From assembly GCA_010093815.1 (NCBI GenBank), contig ML996579.1: DNA of 64,000 bases, one strand, 5' to 3'. A model generated the notes under the pieces. That model was not told the DNA's origin. It worked only from the letters and a program-made list of their open reading frames with translations, and made no database searches. Below, one piece after another: positions 63,820 to 64,000 of this stretch. Origin of the DNA: Pseudovirgaria hyperparasitica. Taxonomy: Eukaryota. Position numbers and translations under genes: made by a program. The first letter of the stretch is position 1, and the number at the start of each line of letters is the position of its first letter.

Positions 63820-64000
63820 AGATTGGAAGACGACGTGGCCTCGATAAATCCTATGGACATGGCGATGGTCAAGATACGTGTGCTTGCATTAGTAAGGCGA
63901 AAGGAAGCTACATCATGCTGCTTACCGCTTTGAAAACAATGTCATCATCAAGCCTCTGGCTTTTAGGGATCGGAGGCATGTTAAAGAGAGCGTGATCGGA

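Noticed and set aside
1..64000. tRNA, rRNA, intact transposase/RT or Starship captain genes
   Set aside because: None recognised by eye; tRNAscan-SE, Infernal and repeat-HMM searches are needed to exclude them.

Overview
Fungal (filamentous ascomycete, probably Dothideomycete-like; inferred from intron style and protein sequences) nuclear DNA with short GT-AG introns. 1-32.5 kb is a compact block of conserved genes: methionyl-tRNA synthetase (5' part), UDP-galactose transporter, Mer3 meiotic helicase, Ncs6, a DUF1992-like protein, centrin, complex I 51-kDa subunit, arylamine N-acetyltransferase, PHD+MYST histone acetyltransferase, a SAM+HMG+fungal-TF-middle-region protein, ribokinase, NDP kinase and glucosidase II alpha. 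33-41 kb looks accessory: a degenerate HET-domain gene, an SRR1-like gene and a 52-aa Cys-rich ORF. A ~10.8-kb gene-free interval, containing an (AAAG)n tract with an assembly gap, precedes a 4xC2H2 zinc-finger gene, followed by epsin. The last 9 kb is the most unusual part. It has an AT/TpA-rich (RIP-like) tandem array with a 53/106/212-bp hierarchical period, followed by three paralogous genes I cannot assign to any family. These share an N-terminal (CxxWxxTxxEL...W...GxxxxxxDxA) and a C-terminal (PxYxxPxLxxxxxMT...K) domain. All calls come from reading the sequence; no searches were run.
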